A stretch of 64,000 nt of DNA from assembly GCA_965205265.1 (NCBI GenBank), contig CBDBGH010000003.1, forward strand, positions 1,952,001 to 2,016,000, given 5' to 3'. Shown piece after piece: positions 20,362-30,452 of this stretch. The notes under the pieces were generated by a model. The model did not search any database and was not told the origin of the DNA. It saw nothing but the letters and a program-made list of their open reading frames with translations. A program made the translations under genes and the position numbers. Each line of letters starts with the position of its first letter. The first letter of the stretch is position 1. The stretch is from Alphaproteobacteria bacterium (lineage in GTDB: Bacteria > Pseudomonadota > Alphaproteobacteria > Bin95).

Positions 20362-20606
20362 ATATGGGGGCGGGTTGGACGCCGGAGAGAAGGTGCGAAG
20401 CCTCCCAAACCTGTTGTCAACCTATCCATATAAGCCCCACAATTTTTGTGCTTTTCTGCCATCACGTTGATAATAAAGGAAAATTTTCTGGATTTCGTGC
20501 CACCCCTCATCCGTAGCCCCGGCCCGGGCGCGGCTTTCCGAGACCGGCTCCCCCCCGCCCGTTCGATTGCTGCCATAATGGCGGCGACGGGACGGGAGGG
20601 AGACCT

Positions 20607-21377
20607 GTGGGCGCACTCGACGGCAAGGCGATTCTGGTTACGGGGGCGGCTTCGGGCATCGGGCGGGCGACGGCGCTGGCCGCGGCCGCGGCCGGCGCTT
20701 CGGTGCTCGCGACCGACATCGACGAGGCGGGCGGGCGCGAGACCGCCGAGCGGGCCGGCGGGCGCTTCATGCAACAGGACGTGACCGACGAGGCGCGCTG
20801 GCGGGAGGTCGCCGCCGAAGCGGACCCCCTGCACGGGCTGGTCAACAATGCCGGCATCGCCATCCTGCGCCCGCTGCTGGAAACCAGCCTCGAGGACTGG
20901 CGCAGGCAGCAGGCGGTCAATGTCGAGGGCGTGTTCCTCGGCGTGAAACACATCCTGCCGGTCATCCGGGATTCGGGCGGCGGCTCCATCGTCAACCTCT
21001 CCTCGGTCGCCGGGCTGCGCGGCAACAGCGTCGGCCTTGCCTGCTACAGCGCCACCAAGGGCGCGGTCTGCCTGTTCACCAAATCGGCCGCGCTGGAGAG
21101 CGCCCGGCGCGGCTGGAACGTGCGGGTGAACTCGGTCCATCCCGGCATCATCGACACGCCGATCTGGGAGCGGATGGCCGAGAGCGGCCCCTCGCCCTTC
21201 AACGACCCGAACGCCTCGACCGACCCCGTGGAACGCGCCGCCAGCCGGGTTCCGGGCGGACAGCCCGGCAGCCCGGAGAACATCGCGGACGGCATCGTGT
21301 TCCTGCTTTCCGACGCCTCGACCCACATGACGGGCTCCGAACTCGTCATCGACCACGGCATGACTGCCGGCGTGTGA
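20607..21377 (+). CDS. short-chain dehydrogenase/reductase
   Basis: TGAASGIG, LVNNAGI, NLSS, YSATK, VNSVHPGIIDTP. Confidence 0.92.
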   Translation: MGALDGKAILVTGAASGIGRATALAAAAAGASVLATDIDEAGGRETAERAGGRFMQQDVTDEARWREVAAEADPLHGLVNNAGIAILRPLLETSLEDWRRQQAVNVEGVFLGVKHILPVIRDSGGGSIVNLSSVAGLRGNSVGLACYSATKGAVCLFTKSAALESARRGWNVRVNSVHPGIIDTPIWERMAESGPSPFNDPNASTDPVERAASRVPGGQPGSPENIADGIVFLLSDASTHMTGSELVIDHGMTAGV

Positions 21378-21416
21378 CGCGCCCGACAGGACCGACGTGG
21401 AAGGCCCGACCCGCCC

Positions 21417-22463
21417 ATGCGCATATTCACCACCCTGCCGCAGAACGACCTGAACGAAGTGTCCGCAGCGGCTGCCGAAGCCGAAGCCGCCGGGTTCGAC
21501 GGCGTGCTGACGATGGAGAACCGCCACGACCCGTTCCTGGCGCACGCCGTCGCCGCGACCGCCACGAAGCGGATCGAGCTCGGCACCGCCGTCGCCATCG
21601 CCTTTCCGCGCAGCCCGATGGTGGTGGCGAACGCCTGCTGGGACCTGCAGACCGCCTCGAAGGGCCGTTTCGCGCTCGGCATCGGGCCGCAGATCCGCCC
21701 GCATAACGAGAAGCGCTTCTCGGTGCCCTGGACCGCGCCGGTGCCGCGGCTGCGCGAATATGTGCAGGCGCTCCGCGCGATCTGGCGAAGCTGGGAGACC
21801 GGCGAGCGGCTGCGCTTCGAGGGCGAGCACTACACCTTCACCCTGATGACGCCGAACTTCACTCCGGCATCGACGGGCCAGCCCATGGTGCCCGTCACCC
21901 TCGCGGCGGTCGGCGATTATTCGCTCCGCCTCTCGGGCGAGCTGGCGGACGGCGTGCGGCTCCACGGCTTCTGCACGAGGCGCTATCTGGAGGAAGCCTG
22001 CCTGCCGCGCATCGCCGAGGGCATGGCGCGGACGGGCCGCAGGCGCGAATGCTTCGAGGTGACCGGCGGCGGCTTCATCGCCACCGGCGCCGACGACGAG
22101 GAAGTGGCCAAGGCCGTCGAGTGGGTGCGCTACCGGGTCGCCTTCTACGGCTCGACGCCGAGCTACTGGCCGGTGCTGGACCTGCACGGCCTCGGCGACC
22201 TCGGACGCAAGCTCAACCGCATGACCAAGGACGGCGCCTGGGACAGGATCGCCGCCGAGGTCGATGACGACACGGTGCGCCTGTTCGCCGCCGTCGGCCG
22301 GCATGACGAGCTTGCCGGCGCCGTCGAGGAACGCTTCGGCGGGGCGGCGGACGCCATCTACGCCAGCCTCTCCATGGACATGCGCCCCGCGCTGCCGCCC
22401 GACCTGATCCAGGACATCCGCCGCCTGCCCACCGCCTTCAGGGGCTATGACACAGCCTGGTGA
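21417..22463 (+). CDS. LLM-class (putative F420-dependent) oxidoreductase
   Basis: ENRHDPFL, LGTAVAIAFPRSP, GRFALGIGPQIRPHNEKRFS, FTLMTPNF, RVAFYGSTPSY. Confidence 0.88.
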   Translation: MRIFTTLPQNDLNEVSAAAAEAEAAGFDGVLTMENRHDPFLAHAVAATATKRIELGTAVAIAFPRSPMVVANACWDLQTASKGRFALGIGPQIRPHNEKRFSVPWTAPVPRLREYVQALRAIWRSWETGERLRFEGEHYTFTLMTPNFTPASTGQPMVPVTLAAVGDYSLRLSGELADGVRLHGFCTRRYLEEACLPRIAEGMARTGRRRECFEVTGGGFIATGADDEEVAKAVEWVRYRVAFYGSTPSYWPVLDLHGLGDLGRKLNRMTKDGAWDRIAAEVDDDTVRLFAAVGRHDELAGAVEERFGGAADAIYASLSMDMRPALPPDLIQDIRRLPTAFRGYDTAW

Positions 22464-24309
22464 CATCGGCGCAATTGCGGCTCACCCCGCCGCCGGGCAG
22501 GGCGGACGGAGCCGGCGGCTTTCGCTCTCCTGGCTGCTGGCGCTCAGCTTCGGCTCGCTGATCGCGGTCTCGATCCTGGTGGTGCTGGGCTTCGCCGTCT
22601 ATGGCGGGGCGCGCAACACGGTGGACCTGCTGCGGGACCGGGCCGACCTCGGAATCGGGGTGCTGACGATGGAGGTCGAGGGCCTGCTGGAATCGGCGGC
22701 CTACCAGGCCGGCTTCGTGGCCCGGGCGCTGGAGACCGGCGAGGCCGACCCCGAGGATCCGGAGCAGGTGACCGCGCTCCTGTTCGGCGCGATGGCGGCC
22801 GACCCCGCCATCGGCGCCCTCGCCTTCATGAGGGCCGATGGACGCACGCTCATCGCCGAGAGAACGGAGACCCTGGCGAAGATACGGACCCCGGACTTCT
22901 CGAACGACGGGGCGGCGCAGGCCGCGCTCCGCTACGGCCGGGCGAACCGGGAGCCCGTCTGGATGCCGCCGATCTACCGGCCGGACTACGATTCCTCGAT
23001 CCTCACCCTCCAGATTCCCATTTACAGGAACGACCGGTTCGAGGGCATGGTGGCGGCGGTGCTGGGCATGAAGGCGCTCTCCGAATTCCTTGAACGACTC
23101 GGCGACGACAGCGCGCCGAACACTTTCGTGCTCTACGGCAAGGAGAGGGTGCTGGCCCATCGGCTCATGGCGCCCGGCTATCCCGGCCTGTCGCTCAGCG
23201 CGCCCCTGCCGGCGCTCGCCGGCTTCGGGGACGCGGTCCTTGCGGATATGTGGAGGCCCGGGGCCATGCGCCCGGCCACGATAAGGGCCCGGCCGCCCCT
23301 GATGAGCCATCTCGTGGAGGCGGGCGGGAACGACTACCTGTTCCTCTACCGCGAGCTCGGCGCCTACACCGCGACCCCGCTCATCGTCGGGGCCTATTTC
23401 CACACCGAAGTCATAGGCGCCGAGATAAACCGCCTGCTCTACTCCATTGTCGTCGGCCTCGCGGCGCTCCTGCTTGCGGTCGGGCTCGCGCTGTTCATCG
23501 GCAGGCGGCTCGCGCGCCCCGTCCTGCGGCTTTCCTCGGTCGCGCGCCTCATCGGCGAATTGCGCCTGGAGGACATCCACAACCTGCCGGCGAGCCGGGT
23601 CCGCGAACTCGACGAGCAGTCGAACGCCTTCAATGCGATGGCGGGCGCGCTGCGCTGGTTCCAGGCCTATGTGCCACGCTCGCTGGTCCACCAGCTGATG
23701 CGCGAGGGCGACCTCGCCTCGCTGGCGTCGGACCGGCGCAATGTTACCGTGATGTTCAGCGACATCGCCGGCTATTCGACGATCTCCGAAGGCAAGAGCG
23801 CGGCCGAGGTCGCAGCCCTGCTCAACCGCCATTTCGGCATATTGACCGCCGCCATCGAGGCGGAGGGCGGCACGGTGGACAAGTTCATCGGCGACAGCGT
23901 GATGGCCTTCTGGGGGGCGCCGGAAAAGCAGAAGAACCGCGCCATCCGCGCCTGCCGGGCGGCGCTCGCTATCCGGGACGGCATCGCCGCCGACAACCGC
24001 GAGCGGGAGGCCCGCGGCGAGCCGCCCGTCCGCCTGCGCCTCGGCATCCATTCCGGGCAGGCCACGGCCGGCAATATCGGCGCGCCGAGCCGCGTCAACT
24101 ACACCGTCATCGGCGACGATGTGAATATCGCGCAAAGGCTGGAACAGATCGGCAAGGAGGTTTCGCCCGACGCCGAGGTGGCGATCACCGTCAGCGCCTC
24201 GACGGTGGCCGATCTGGACGGGCTGTTCGAGGTAGAGCCGGTGGGCGAGATGGAGGTCAAGGGCCGCGCCGCGCCCGTCGCCGTCTATCGGCTTGTCGGG
24301 CCGGCCTGA
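22447..24309 (+). CDS. membrane-anchored class III adenylate/guanylate cyclase (TM - extracytoplasmic sensor - TM - HAMP - catalytic)
   Basis: Two hydrophobic segments, HAMP-like region, VTVMFSDIAGYS, GTVDKFIGDSVMAFWGAP, RLGIHSG, NYTVIGDDVNIAQRLE, VKGR. Confidence 0.9.
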   Translation: MTQPGDIGAIAAHPAAGQGGRSRRLSLSWLLALSFGSLIAVSILVVLGFAVYGGARNTVDLLRDRADLGIGVLTMEVEGLLESAAYQAGFVARALETGEADPEDPEQVTALLFGAMAADPAIGALAFMRADGRTLIAERTETLAKIRTPDFSNDGAAQAALRYGRANREPVWMPPIYRPDYDSSILTLQIPIYRNDRFEGMVAAVLGMKALSEFLERLGDDSAPNTFVLYGKERVLAHRLMAPGYPGLSLSAPLPALAGFGDAVLADMWRPGAMRPATIRARPPLMSHLVEAGGNDYLFLYRELGAYTATPLIVGAYFHTEVIGAEINRLLYSIVVGLAALLLAVGLALFIGRRLARPVLRLSSVARLIGELRLEDIHNLPASRVRELDEQSNAFNAMAGALRWFQAYVPRSLVHQLMREGDLASLASDRRNVTVMFSDIAGYSTISEGKSAAEVAALLNRHFGILTAAIEAEGGTVDKFIGDSVMAFWGAPEKQKNRAIRACRAALAIRDGIAADNREREARGEPPVRLRLGIHSGQATAGNIGAPSRVNYTVIGDDVNIAQRLEQIGKEVSPDAEVAITVSASTVADLDGLFEVEPVGEMEVKGRAAPVAVYRLVGPA

Positions 24310-24384
24310 CGGCCGACGCTTCCCTCGCCCTGCAATCGCTGCGATAAAGTCTTGACGACGGACGAAGGACAGGGAACGGAACCC

Positions 24385-25239
24385 ATGCCCGACGATCTTG
24401 CGGATATCCGCAGCCATATCGGCACGCGCCAGGCCGACAGCGATGTGGCGACGGCGGCCCCGGTGCTGCTGTTCCAGAAGACCCTTGGGCGCCAGGACCT
24501 GGAGCCGGAGGAGGGCGCCGCGATCCCGCCGGGCTGGCACATGTTGTATTTCCTCCCCCGCTTCGAGCAGGCGGAGCTTGGGCCGGACGGCGCGCCCGCC
24601 ACCTCCGGCGTCATCCCGGAAATGCCCTTCCCGCGCCGCATGTATGCCGGCACGCGCCTCGCCTTCCACGAACCGATCCGTATCGGCGACCGGCTGCGCC
24701 GGGAGACGGAGCTTGTGGACCTGACCGTCAAGGACGGCAGCACCGGCCGGCTTGCTTTCGCGACGGTCGAAAGCCGCATCTCCACGCCGCGCGGCCTGGC
24801 CGTGGTCGAGCAGCGCGACACGGTCTATCGCGAGGAGACGCCCGCCGGCGCCGCCAACAGGGCGCCGAAGCGCGCTGCACCGCCGGCCGATACGGTCTGG
24901 GAGGCGGAGGAGCGCCCGGACGAGGTCACGCTGTTCCGCTTCTCGGCGCTCACCTTCAACGCCCACCGCATCCATTACGACGCCGTCTGGGCGAAGGAGG
25001 TGGAGGGCTATCCGGCGCTGGTGGTCCACGGGCCGCTCTCGCAGTCCTACCTGATGAACTTCGCCCGCGATTGCATGGCGCCGAAGCGCATGACCTCCTT
25101 CGACATGCGGGCGCGCGCGCCGCTCTTCATCGACGGGCCGGTGCGGCTCGTCGGCAAGCCGGTCGAAGACGGCTGCGAGGTCTGGGCGACGACGCCGGAG
25201 GGCACCATAGCGATGAGCGCAACCGCCGGCTTCGCCTGA
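24385..25239 (+). CDS. double hot-dog acyl-CoA dehydratase (MaoC / mesaconyl-C4-CoA hydratase-like)
   Basis: PPGWH, PRRMYAG, LFRFSALTFNAHRIHYD, EGYPALVVHGPL. Confidence 0.85.
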   Translation: MPDDLADIRSHIGTRQADSDVATAAPVLLFQKTLGRQDLEPEEGAAIPPGWHMLYFLPRFEQAELGPDGAPATSGVIPEMPFPRRMYAGTRLAFHEPIRIGDRLRRETELVDLTVKDGSTGRLAFATVESRISTPRGLAVVEQRDTVYREETPAGAANRAPKRAAPPADTVWEAEERPDEVTLFRFSALTFNAHRIHYDAVWAKEVEGYPALVVHGPLSQSYLMNFARDCMAPKRMTSFDMRARAPLFIDGPVRLVGKPVEDGCEVWATTPEGTIAMSATAGFA

Positions 25240-25280
25240 GGCCCGGCGAGGGGAACGAGGAACGACCGGGAGAGAGCAAC

Positions 25281-26129
25281 ATGGCAGAGCAGCTTCAGAC
25301 CCGTCCGCTCGGCGGCGCGCTGGGCCTCGAAGTGACCGGCGTCGATCTGTCGGGGCCGATCGGCGAGGACATGTTCGACGAGATCAAGGAGCATTTCTGG
25401 CAGAACCCGGTTCTCGTCTTCCGCGACCAGGATCTGGACGCGCACAGCCTCGCCGCGCTCGGCAAGCGCTTCGGGCCGCTCCAGCTCCATGTGCTGGTCG
25501 ATTACCGCCATGAGGAGGTGCCGGAGGTCTCCTGGCTCACAAACGTGAAGAAGGACGGCTCGGTCGACGAGGTGGGCTACAAGCGCGCAACGAGTTGGCA
25601 TTCGGACGGCACCTTCGAAGAACACCCTCCCGCCGTAGCAATCCTGCACGCCAAGGAGATCCCGTCCAAGGGCGGCGGCACCCTGTTCTGCAACATGATC
25701 CGGGCCTATGAGACGCTGCCCGACGAGACGCGGGCGCGCATCCAGGGCCTGACCGGGCGCCACCTCTACGCGGCCGGCCGCGGCGGCAACGAGACCGTCC
25801 CGCTCAAGGACTACCAGAAGGGGACGCTGCCCGAGGTCCATCACCCGGTCGTGCGCACGCACCCCGAGAGCGGCCGCAAAATGCTCTATGTGAACGACAT
25901 CCACACATTCGGCTTCGTGGAAATCGACGGTGAGGAAGGCGAGACGCTGCTGAACGATCTGCTCGACCACGCCACGCGGGACGAGTTCGTCTATCACCAC
26001 CGCTGGAGCCACGGCGATGTGGTGATGTGGGACGAACGCGCCACCATGCACCGGGGCGCCGGCGACTACGCACCGACGGAACGCCGGATCATGCTGCGCA
26101 CGATCTCGTTCGGGGAGAGGCCTGAGTGA
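25281..26129 (+). CDS. TauD/TfdA family 2-oxoglutarate dioxygenase
   Basis: GLEVTGVDL, VLVFRDQ, WHSDG (HxD), GGGTLF, HPVVRTHP, WDERATMHR. Confidence 0.92.
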   Translation: MAEQLQTRPLGGALGLEVTGVDLSGPIGEDMFDEIKEHFWQNPVLVFRDQDLDAHSLAALGKRFGPLQLHVLVDYRHEEVPEVSWLTNVKKDGSVDEVGYKRATSWHSDGTFEEHPPAVAILHAKEIPSKGGGTLFCNMIRAYETLPDETRARIQGLTGRHLYAAGRGGNETVPLKDYQKGTLPEVHHPVVRTHPESGRKMLYVNDIHTFGFVEIDGEEGETLLNDLLDHATRDEFVYHHRWSHGDVVMWDERATMHRGAGDYAPTERRIMLRTISFGERPE

Positions 26130-26989
26130 ACGGGTCCTTCGCCAAGGCCGTCCTGCTGACCGGGGCGGCCGGCGGGCTCGGCACGGCGATGGCCGAGGCG
26201 CTCGCCGGCGATGGGCACAGGCTTGCGCTGGTGGACCGCGACGAAGAGCGCCTGCAGGCGCTGACGAACCGGCTCTGGCAACAATATGGCGACGGCGTGG
26301 TGCTGCCGCTGGCGCTCGATCTCACCGACGAGGAGGCCTGCGCGGAGGCCGTCGGGCGCGCGGCCGAACGCTTCGGGCGGCTCGACATATTGGTGAACAA
26401 TGCCGGCATCGGCATGAGCACGCTGCGCGCCGACTACCATATCCGTCCGCTTGCGGCGCTCAGCGAGGTCTCGGTCGAAGACTGGCAACGCTTCCTCGCC
26501 GTCCACGCCACCGCGCCCTTCGTCTTCATGCGCGCCGCCGCCCCTTTCATGCAGGAGCGCGGCTGGGGCCGGATCGTCAATGTCACCACCTCGCTCTCAA
26601 CCATGCTCCGGCCGCAGTTCTTCCCCTATGGCGCATCGAAGGCGGCGCTGGAAGCGATGTCATCCCAGTTCGCCGGCGAGCTGGAAGGCAGCGGCATCAC
26701 CGTGAATGTACTCACGCCCGGCGGCCCAACCGACACGCCGATGGTGACGGAGGAGAGCGCGCCGGACAGGAGCGCCCTGCTCTCTCCCGCGGTGATGGCC
26801 CCGCCGATCCGCTTCCTCGCCTCCGAGATTTCCGACGGCTTCACCGGCCGGCGGATCATCGCCGCGCTTTGGGACAAGCGCATCGCGCCCGTGGACTCCG
26901 CCATGAACGCCGGCGGCCCGATCGGCTGGCCCGGCACGGGACCGCCCGCCATCTGGCCGGAGAGCCTGCCGGGGGCCGAGCGCGCCTGA
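26126..26989 (+). CDS. short-chain dehydrogenase/reductase
   Basis: TGAAGGLG, DILVNNAG, GRIVNVTT, YGASK. Confidence 0.9.
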   Translation: MNGSFAKAVLLTGAAGGLGTAMAEALAGDGHRLALVDRDEERLQALTNRLWQQYGDGVVLPLALDLTDEEACAEAVGRAAERFGRLDILVNNAGIGMSTLRADYHIRPLAALSEVSVEDWQRFLAVHATAPFVFMRAAAPFMQERGWGRIVNVTTSLSTMLRPQFFPYGASKAALEAMSSQFAGELEGSGITVNVLTPGGPTDTPMVTEESAPDRSALLSPAVMAPPIRFLASEISDGFTGRRIIAALWDKRIAPVDSAMNAGGPIGWPGTGPPAIWPESLPGAERA

Positions 26990-27003
26990 TCCGGCGCGGC
27001 GGA

Positions 27004-27017
27004 ATGCTGCACCGCAA
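27004..27017 (+). promoter_or_regulatory. putative PhaR operator upstream of etfB
   Basis: ATGCTGCACCGCAA, an exact reverse complement of 34008-34021 upstream of phaR; lies just before a TTGACT -35-like hexamer. Confidence 0.6.
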
Positions 27018-27100
27018 AAAGCCCCGCGCCGCTTGACTTGGCCGGCGCCCGAACCCTAAAAGCCGCCCTTGCCCGTCAACCCGAGCCTGCGGAGGTCCCC

Positions 27101-27850
27101 TTGAAGGTCCTCGTCCCCGTCAAGCGCGTCATCGACTACAATGTGAAGATCCGGGTGAAGCCGGACGGCACCGGCGTCGAGACCCGGAATGTGAAGATGT
27201 CGATGAACCCGTTCGACGAAATCTCCGTCGAACAGGCCATCCGGATGAAGGAAAACGGCTCGGCCGAGGAGATCGTGGCGGTTTCCATCGGCGTGCAGCA
27301 ATGCCAGGAGACCATCCGCACCGCGCTCGCCATGGGCGCGGACCGGGGCATCCTGGTCGTCACCGAGGACGAGGTGGAGCCGCTCGCCGTCGCCAAGATG
27401 CTGAAGGCGATCTGCGAGAAGGAAGAGCCGGGCATGGTCATTCTCGGCAAGCAGGCCATCGACGACGACTGCAACCAGACGGGCCAGATGCTCTCCGCCC
27501 TGCTCGGCTGGTCTCAGGCGACCTTCGCCTCCGAGGTCGCGATAGACGGCGGCAAGGCCCGCGTCACCCGCGAGGTCGATGGCGGGCTGGAGACGGTCGA
27601 GGTCTCGCTGCCGACCGTGGTGACGGTGGACCTGCGCCTCAACGAGCCGCGTTACGCCTCGCTGCCGAACATCATGAAGGCGAAGCGCAAGCCCATCGAC
27701 CGCATGGAGCCGGCGGACCTCGGCGTCGATACCGCGCCGCGCCTCACCGTGCTGCATGTCGGCGAGCCGGAGAAGCGGGCCGGCGGCGTCAAGGTCGAGA
27801 CCGTCGAGGAGCTCGTGCAGAAGCTCTCGACCGAAGCGAAGGTGATCTGA
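27101..27850 (+). CDS. etfB: electron transfer flavoprotein beta subunit
   Basis: TTG start after GGAGG; [43 protein letters not shown]. Confidence 0.96.
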   Translation: MKVLVPVKRVIDYNVKIRVKPDGTGVETRNVKMSMNPFDEISVEQAIRMKENGSAEEIVAVSIGVQQCQETIRTALAMGADRGILVVTEDEVEPLAVAKMLKAICEKEEPGMVILGKQAIDDDCNQTGQMLSALLGWSQATFASEVAIDGGKARVTREVDGGLETVEVSLPTVVTVDLRLNEPRYASLPNIMKAKRKPIDRMEPADLGVDTAPRLTVLHVGEPEKRAGGVKVETVEELVQKLSTEAKVI

Positions 27851-27854
27851 TCCC

Positions 27855-28808
27855 ATGAGCGTTCTCGTCATCGCCGAACACGACAACGCCACCTTGAAGG
27901 CGGCCACGCGCAATGCCGTGGCCGCGGCGGCCGAGATCGACGCGGATGTGCATGTGCTGGTCGCGGGCCAGGGTTGCGCCCCGGCCGCCGAGGCCGCCGC
28001 GCAGGTTGCGGGCGTCGCGAAGGTGCTCGTCGCCGAGGATGTGTCCTACGAGCATGCACTCGCGGAGAATGTGGCGAAGCTGGTGGTCGATCTCTCCGGC
28101 GGCTACGGCCATGTGCTGGCGCCGGCCACCGCCAACGGCAAGAACATCCTGCCGCGCGCCGCAGCCCTGCTGGACGTGGCGCAGATTTCGGACATTACCG
28201 AGGTCGTCTCGGCGGACACCTTCGTGCGGCCCATCTATGCCGGCAACGCCATGGCGAAGGTGCAGTCCGCCGACCCGGTCAAGCTCATCACCGTGCGCAT
28301 GACGGCGTTCGACGCGGCTGCGGCCGAGGGCGGCTCCGCCCCGGTCGAGGCGGTGTCCGGCGCGGGCAGCGTCGGGCTCTCCAGCTTCGTCGGGCGCGAG
28401 CTCACCAAATCCGAGCGCCCGGAACTCACCACCGCCGGCATCGTCGTCTCCGGCGGCCGCGGCATGGGCTCGGGCGAGAACTTCAACATTCTGGAGGCGC
28501 TCGCCGACCGGCTGGGCGCGGCGGTCGGCGCTTCGCGCGCGGCGGTGGACGCGGGCTATGTGCCGAACGACTACCAGGTGGGCCAGACCGGCAAGGTGGT
28601 CGCGCCCGAACTTTACATCGCGGTCGGCATTTCCGGCGCCATCCAGCATCTCGCCGGCATGAAGGACAGCCGGGTGATCGTCGCCATCAACAAGGACGAG
28701 GAAGCGCCGATCTTCCAGGTCGCCGATTACGGGCTGGTGGCGGACCTCTTCAAGGCCGTGCCGGAGCTGACCGACGCGCTCGACGAATACAAGGCGGAAA
28801 ACGATTGA
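27855..28808 (+). CDS. etfA: electron transfer flavoprotein alpha subunit
   Basis: [43 protein letters not shown]. Confidence 0.97.
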   Translation: MSVLVIAEHDNATLKAATRNAVAAAAEIDADVHVLVAGQGCAPAAEAAAQVAGVAKVLVAEDVSYEHALAENVAKLVVDLSGGYGHVLAPATANGKNILPRAAALLDVAQISDITEVVSADTFVRPIYAGNAMAKVQSADPVKLITVRMTAFDAAAAEGGSAPVEAVSGAGSVGLSSFVGRELTKSERPELTTAGIVVSGGRGMGSGENFNILEALADRLGAAVGASRAAVDAGYVPNDYQVGQTGKVVAPELYIAVGISGAIQHLAGMKDSRVIVAINKDEEAPIFQVADYGLVADLFKAVPELTDALDEYKAEND

Positions 28809-28813
28809 CAGCC

Positions 28814-29707
28814 ATGCCCAGGGATCTCGACAGCGGCATCCGCAAGGTCGGCGTCATCGGCGCCGGGCAGATGGGCAGCGGCATTGCGCATGTCGCCGCG
28901 CTTTCCGGCTTCGACGTGCGCCTTGTGGACATCGCCGACGCGGCGCTGGAGCGCAGCCTTGGCGTCATCGGCGGCAATATGGACCGGCAATTGCGGCGCG
29001 GCCTGTTCGACGAGGCGGCGAAGGCCGAGGCGCTGGCGCGGATCGGGACCGGCACCGACTATGCCGCCTTCCGGGATTGCGACATCGTGATCGAGGCCGC
29101 CACGGAGAACGAGGCGGTGAAGCGCGAGGTCTTCAAGGCGCTGCTGCCGCATCTCGCCGAGGGCGCCATCGTCGCCTCGAACACCTCCTCGATCTCAATC
29201 ACGCGGCTCGCCTCCACCACCGACCGGCCGGAGCGCTTCATCGGCCTGCATTTCATGAACCCCGTGCCGATGATGACCCTGGTGGAGCTCATCCGCGGCA
29301 TCGCCACGGAGGACCGGACCTTCGACGATGTGAAGCAGTTCGCCCTCTCGCTCGGCAAGACGCCGGTGGCGGCGGAGGACTTCCCGGCCTTCATCGTCAA
29401 CCGCATCCTGCTGCCGATGATCAACGAGGCCGTCTATACGCTCTATGAGGGCGTGGGCTCCGTCGATGCCATCGACACCGGCATGCGGCTCGGCGCCAAC
29501 CACCCGATGGGGCCGCTGGAGCTGGCGGACTTCATCGGGCTCGACACCTGCCTTGCGGTGATGCAGGTGCTCTATGACGGGCTGGCGGACAGCAAATACC
29601 GCCCCTGCCCGCTGCTGGTGAAATATGTCGAGGCGGGCTGGATCGGCCGCAAGGCCGGCCGCGGCTTCTACGATTATTCCGGCGACCACCCGGTCCCGAC
29701 ACGGTAG
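28814..29707 (+). CDS. hbd: 3-hydroxybutyryl-CoA dehydrogenase
   Basis: GVIGAGQMGSGIA, IEAATE, ASNTSSI, GLHFMNP, FIVNRIL, GANHPMGPL. Confidence 0.93.
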   Translation: MPRDLDSGIRKVGVIGAGQMGSGIAHVAALSGFDVRLVDIADAALERSLGVIGGNMDRQLRRGLFDEAAKAEALARIGTGTDYAAFRDCDIVIEAATENEAVKREVFKALLPHLAEGAIVASNTSSISITRLASTTDRPERFIGLHFMNPVPMMTLVELIRGIATEDRTFDDVKQFALSLGKTPVAAEDFPAFIVNRILLPMINEAVYTLYEGVGSVDAIDTGMRLGANHPMGPLELADFIGLDTCLAVMQVLYDGLADSKYRPCPLLVKYVEAGWIGRKAGRGFYDYSGDHPVPTR

Positions 29708-29733
29708 GGCGCCCGGCGACCCGACCCCTTTCC

Positions 29734-30261
29734 CGTCATACCCGGACTCGATCCACGGCTGTCCGGTTTAGGTCAGGGGCCATTGTATGGCGGTTTGTTC
29801 GTTGCATTCGGGGGGTGGAGGAGCAGCCAGGCGATCAGAGCGACGGCGACCTGGATGCGCACGGCATTCTCGCTGATGCCGGGGAAGCGTTTGCTCTTGA
29901 GGTTCTGCTCGATCCACCGGAAGAACAACTCGATGGCCCGGCGCCGGCATCGCAGATCGCATGCACCTTGGCCCCGCAGGCCTTGGCCGAAAAATGCGCC
30001 TACTCGGACCCCCGCCCGCTCAGGCGCATGCCGGTCGCGTCGATCAGGTAGACCGCCTCGCCGATCTTGCGCCGCAGGCCCCAATGGACATGACCGACCG
30101 TCTCGGCGAACAGCGCGGTGAACAACGCTGCCAGGCGCATGGCATTGAGGCTCCTCTGTGTCCAAAACGTCCGCAAACGCTTGGACGCCAGTAGAATCAA
30201 TGCCATGCAACCCGTCCACAAAAATAAACCGGACAACCCTGGAACAAGGCCGGGCGCGACG
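29734..30261. repeat. CGTC repeat copy B: only the outer half-arms remain, flanking the IS4 remnant
   Basis: Left CGTCATACCCGGACTCGATC; right GAACAAGGCCGGGCGCGACG. These match the outer halves of the arms of copies A, C and D. Confidence 0.75.
29754..30241 (-). mobile_element. internally deleted IS4-family element (488 bp) with transposase remnant
   Basis: IRs CACGGCTGTCCGGTTTA / TAAACCGGACAACCCTG (15/17 match). Minus-strand fragments ..LIDATGMRLS..(stop)..GAKVH.. and IELFFRWIEQNLKSKRFPGISENAVRIQVAVALIAWLLL, the IS4-type E-motif region. Confidence 0.85.
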
Positions 30262-30324
30262 GGAAAAGGATTCGGGGTAACGCCTTCAGTCCCGCCCCGA
30301 AGCCCCCGGACGCCGCAAACAGCC

Positions 30325-30344
30325 AATTCTCAAACGGTCTCTGA
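30325..30344 (+). mobile_element. possible orphan IS5-family (IS1031-like) right end
   Basis: AATTCTCAAACGGTCTC followed by TGA (a TNA-type target); reads FSNGL*. No partner end seen. Confidence 0.3.
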
Positions 30345-30452
30345 GAATGCCTGCCGCGGTCCCGGGCGCGGGGCGCCGGCGGTATCGAGCTGGAAATGAC
30401 GGCGCCGGCCGGTGCAGTATCGGCCGCGCCAACCGAAGCCGGACCGCTGCCC

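Noticed and set aside
27974-29707. Extended ORF calls suggesting fusions (577-aa hbd, 865-aa hydrolase, 684-aa ACAD, 630-aa LLM, 717-aa NYN)
   Set aside because: N-terminal extensions are stop-free overlaps with neighbouring genes; real starts lie downstream at plausible RBS or coupling sites.
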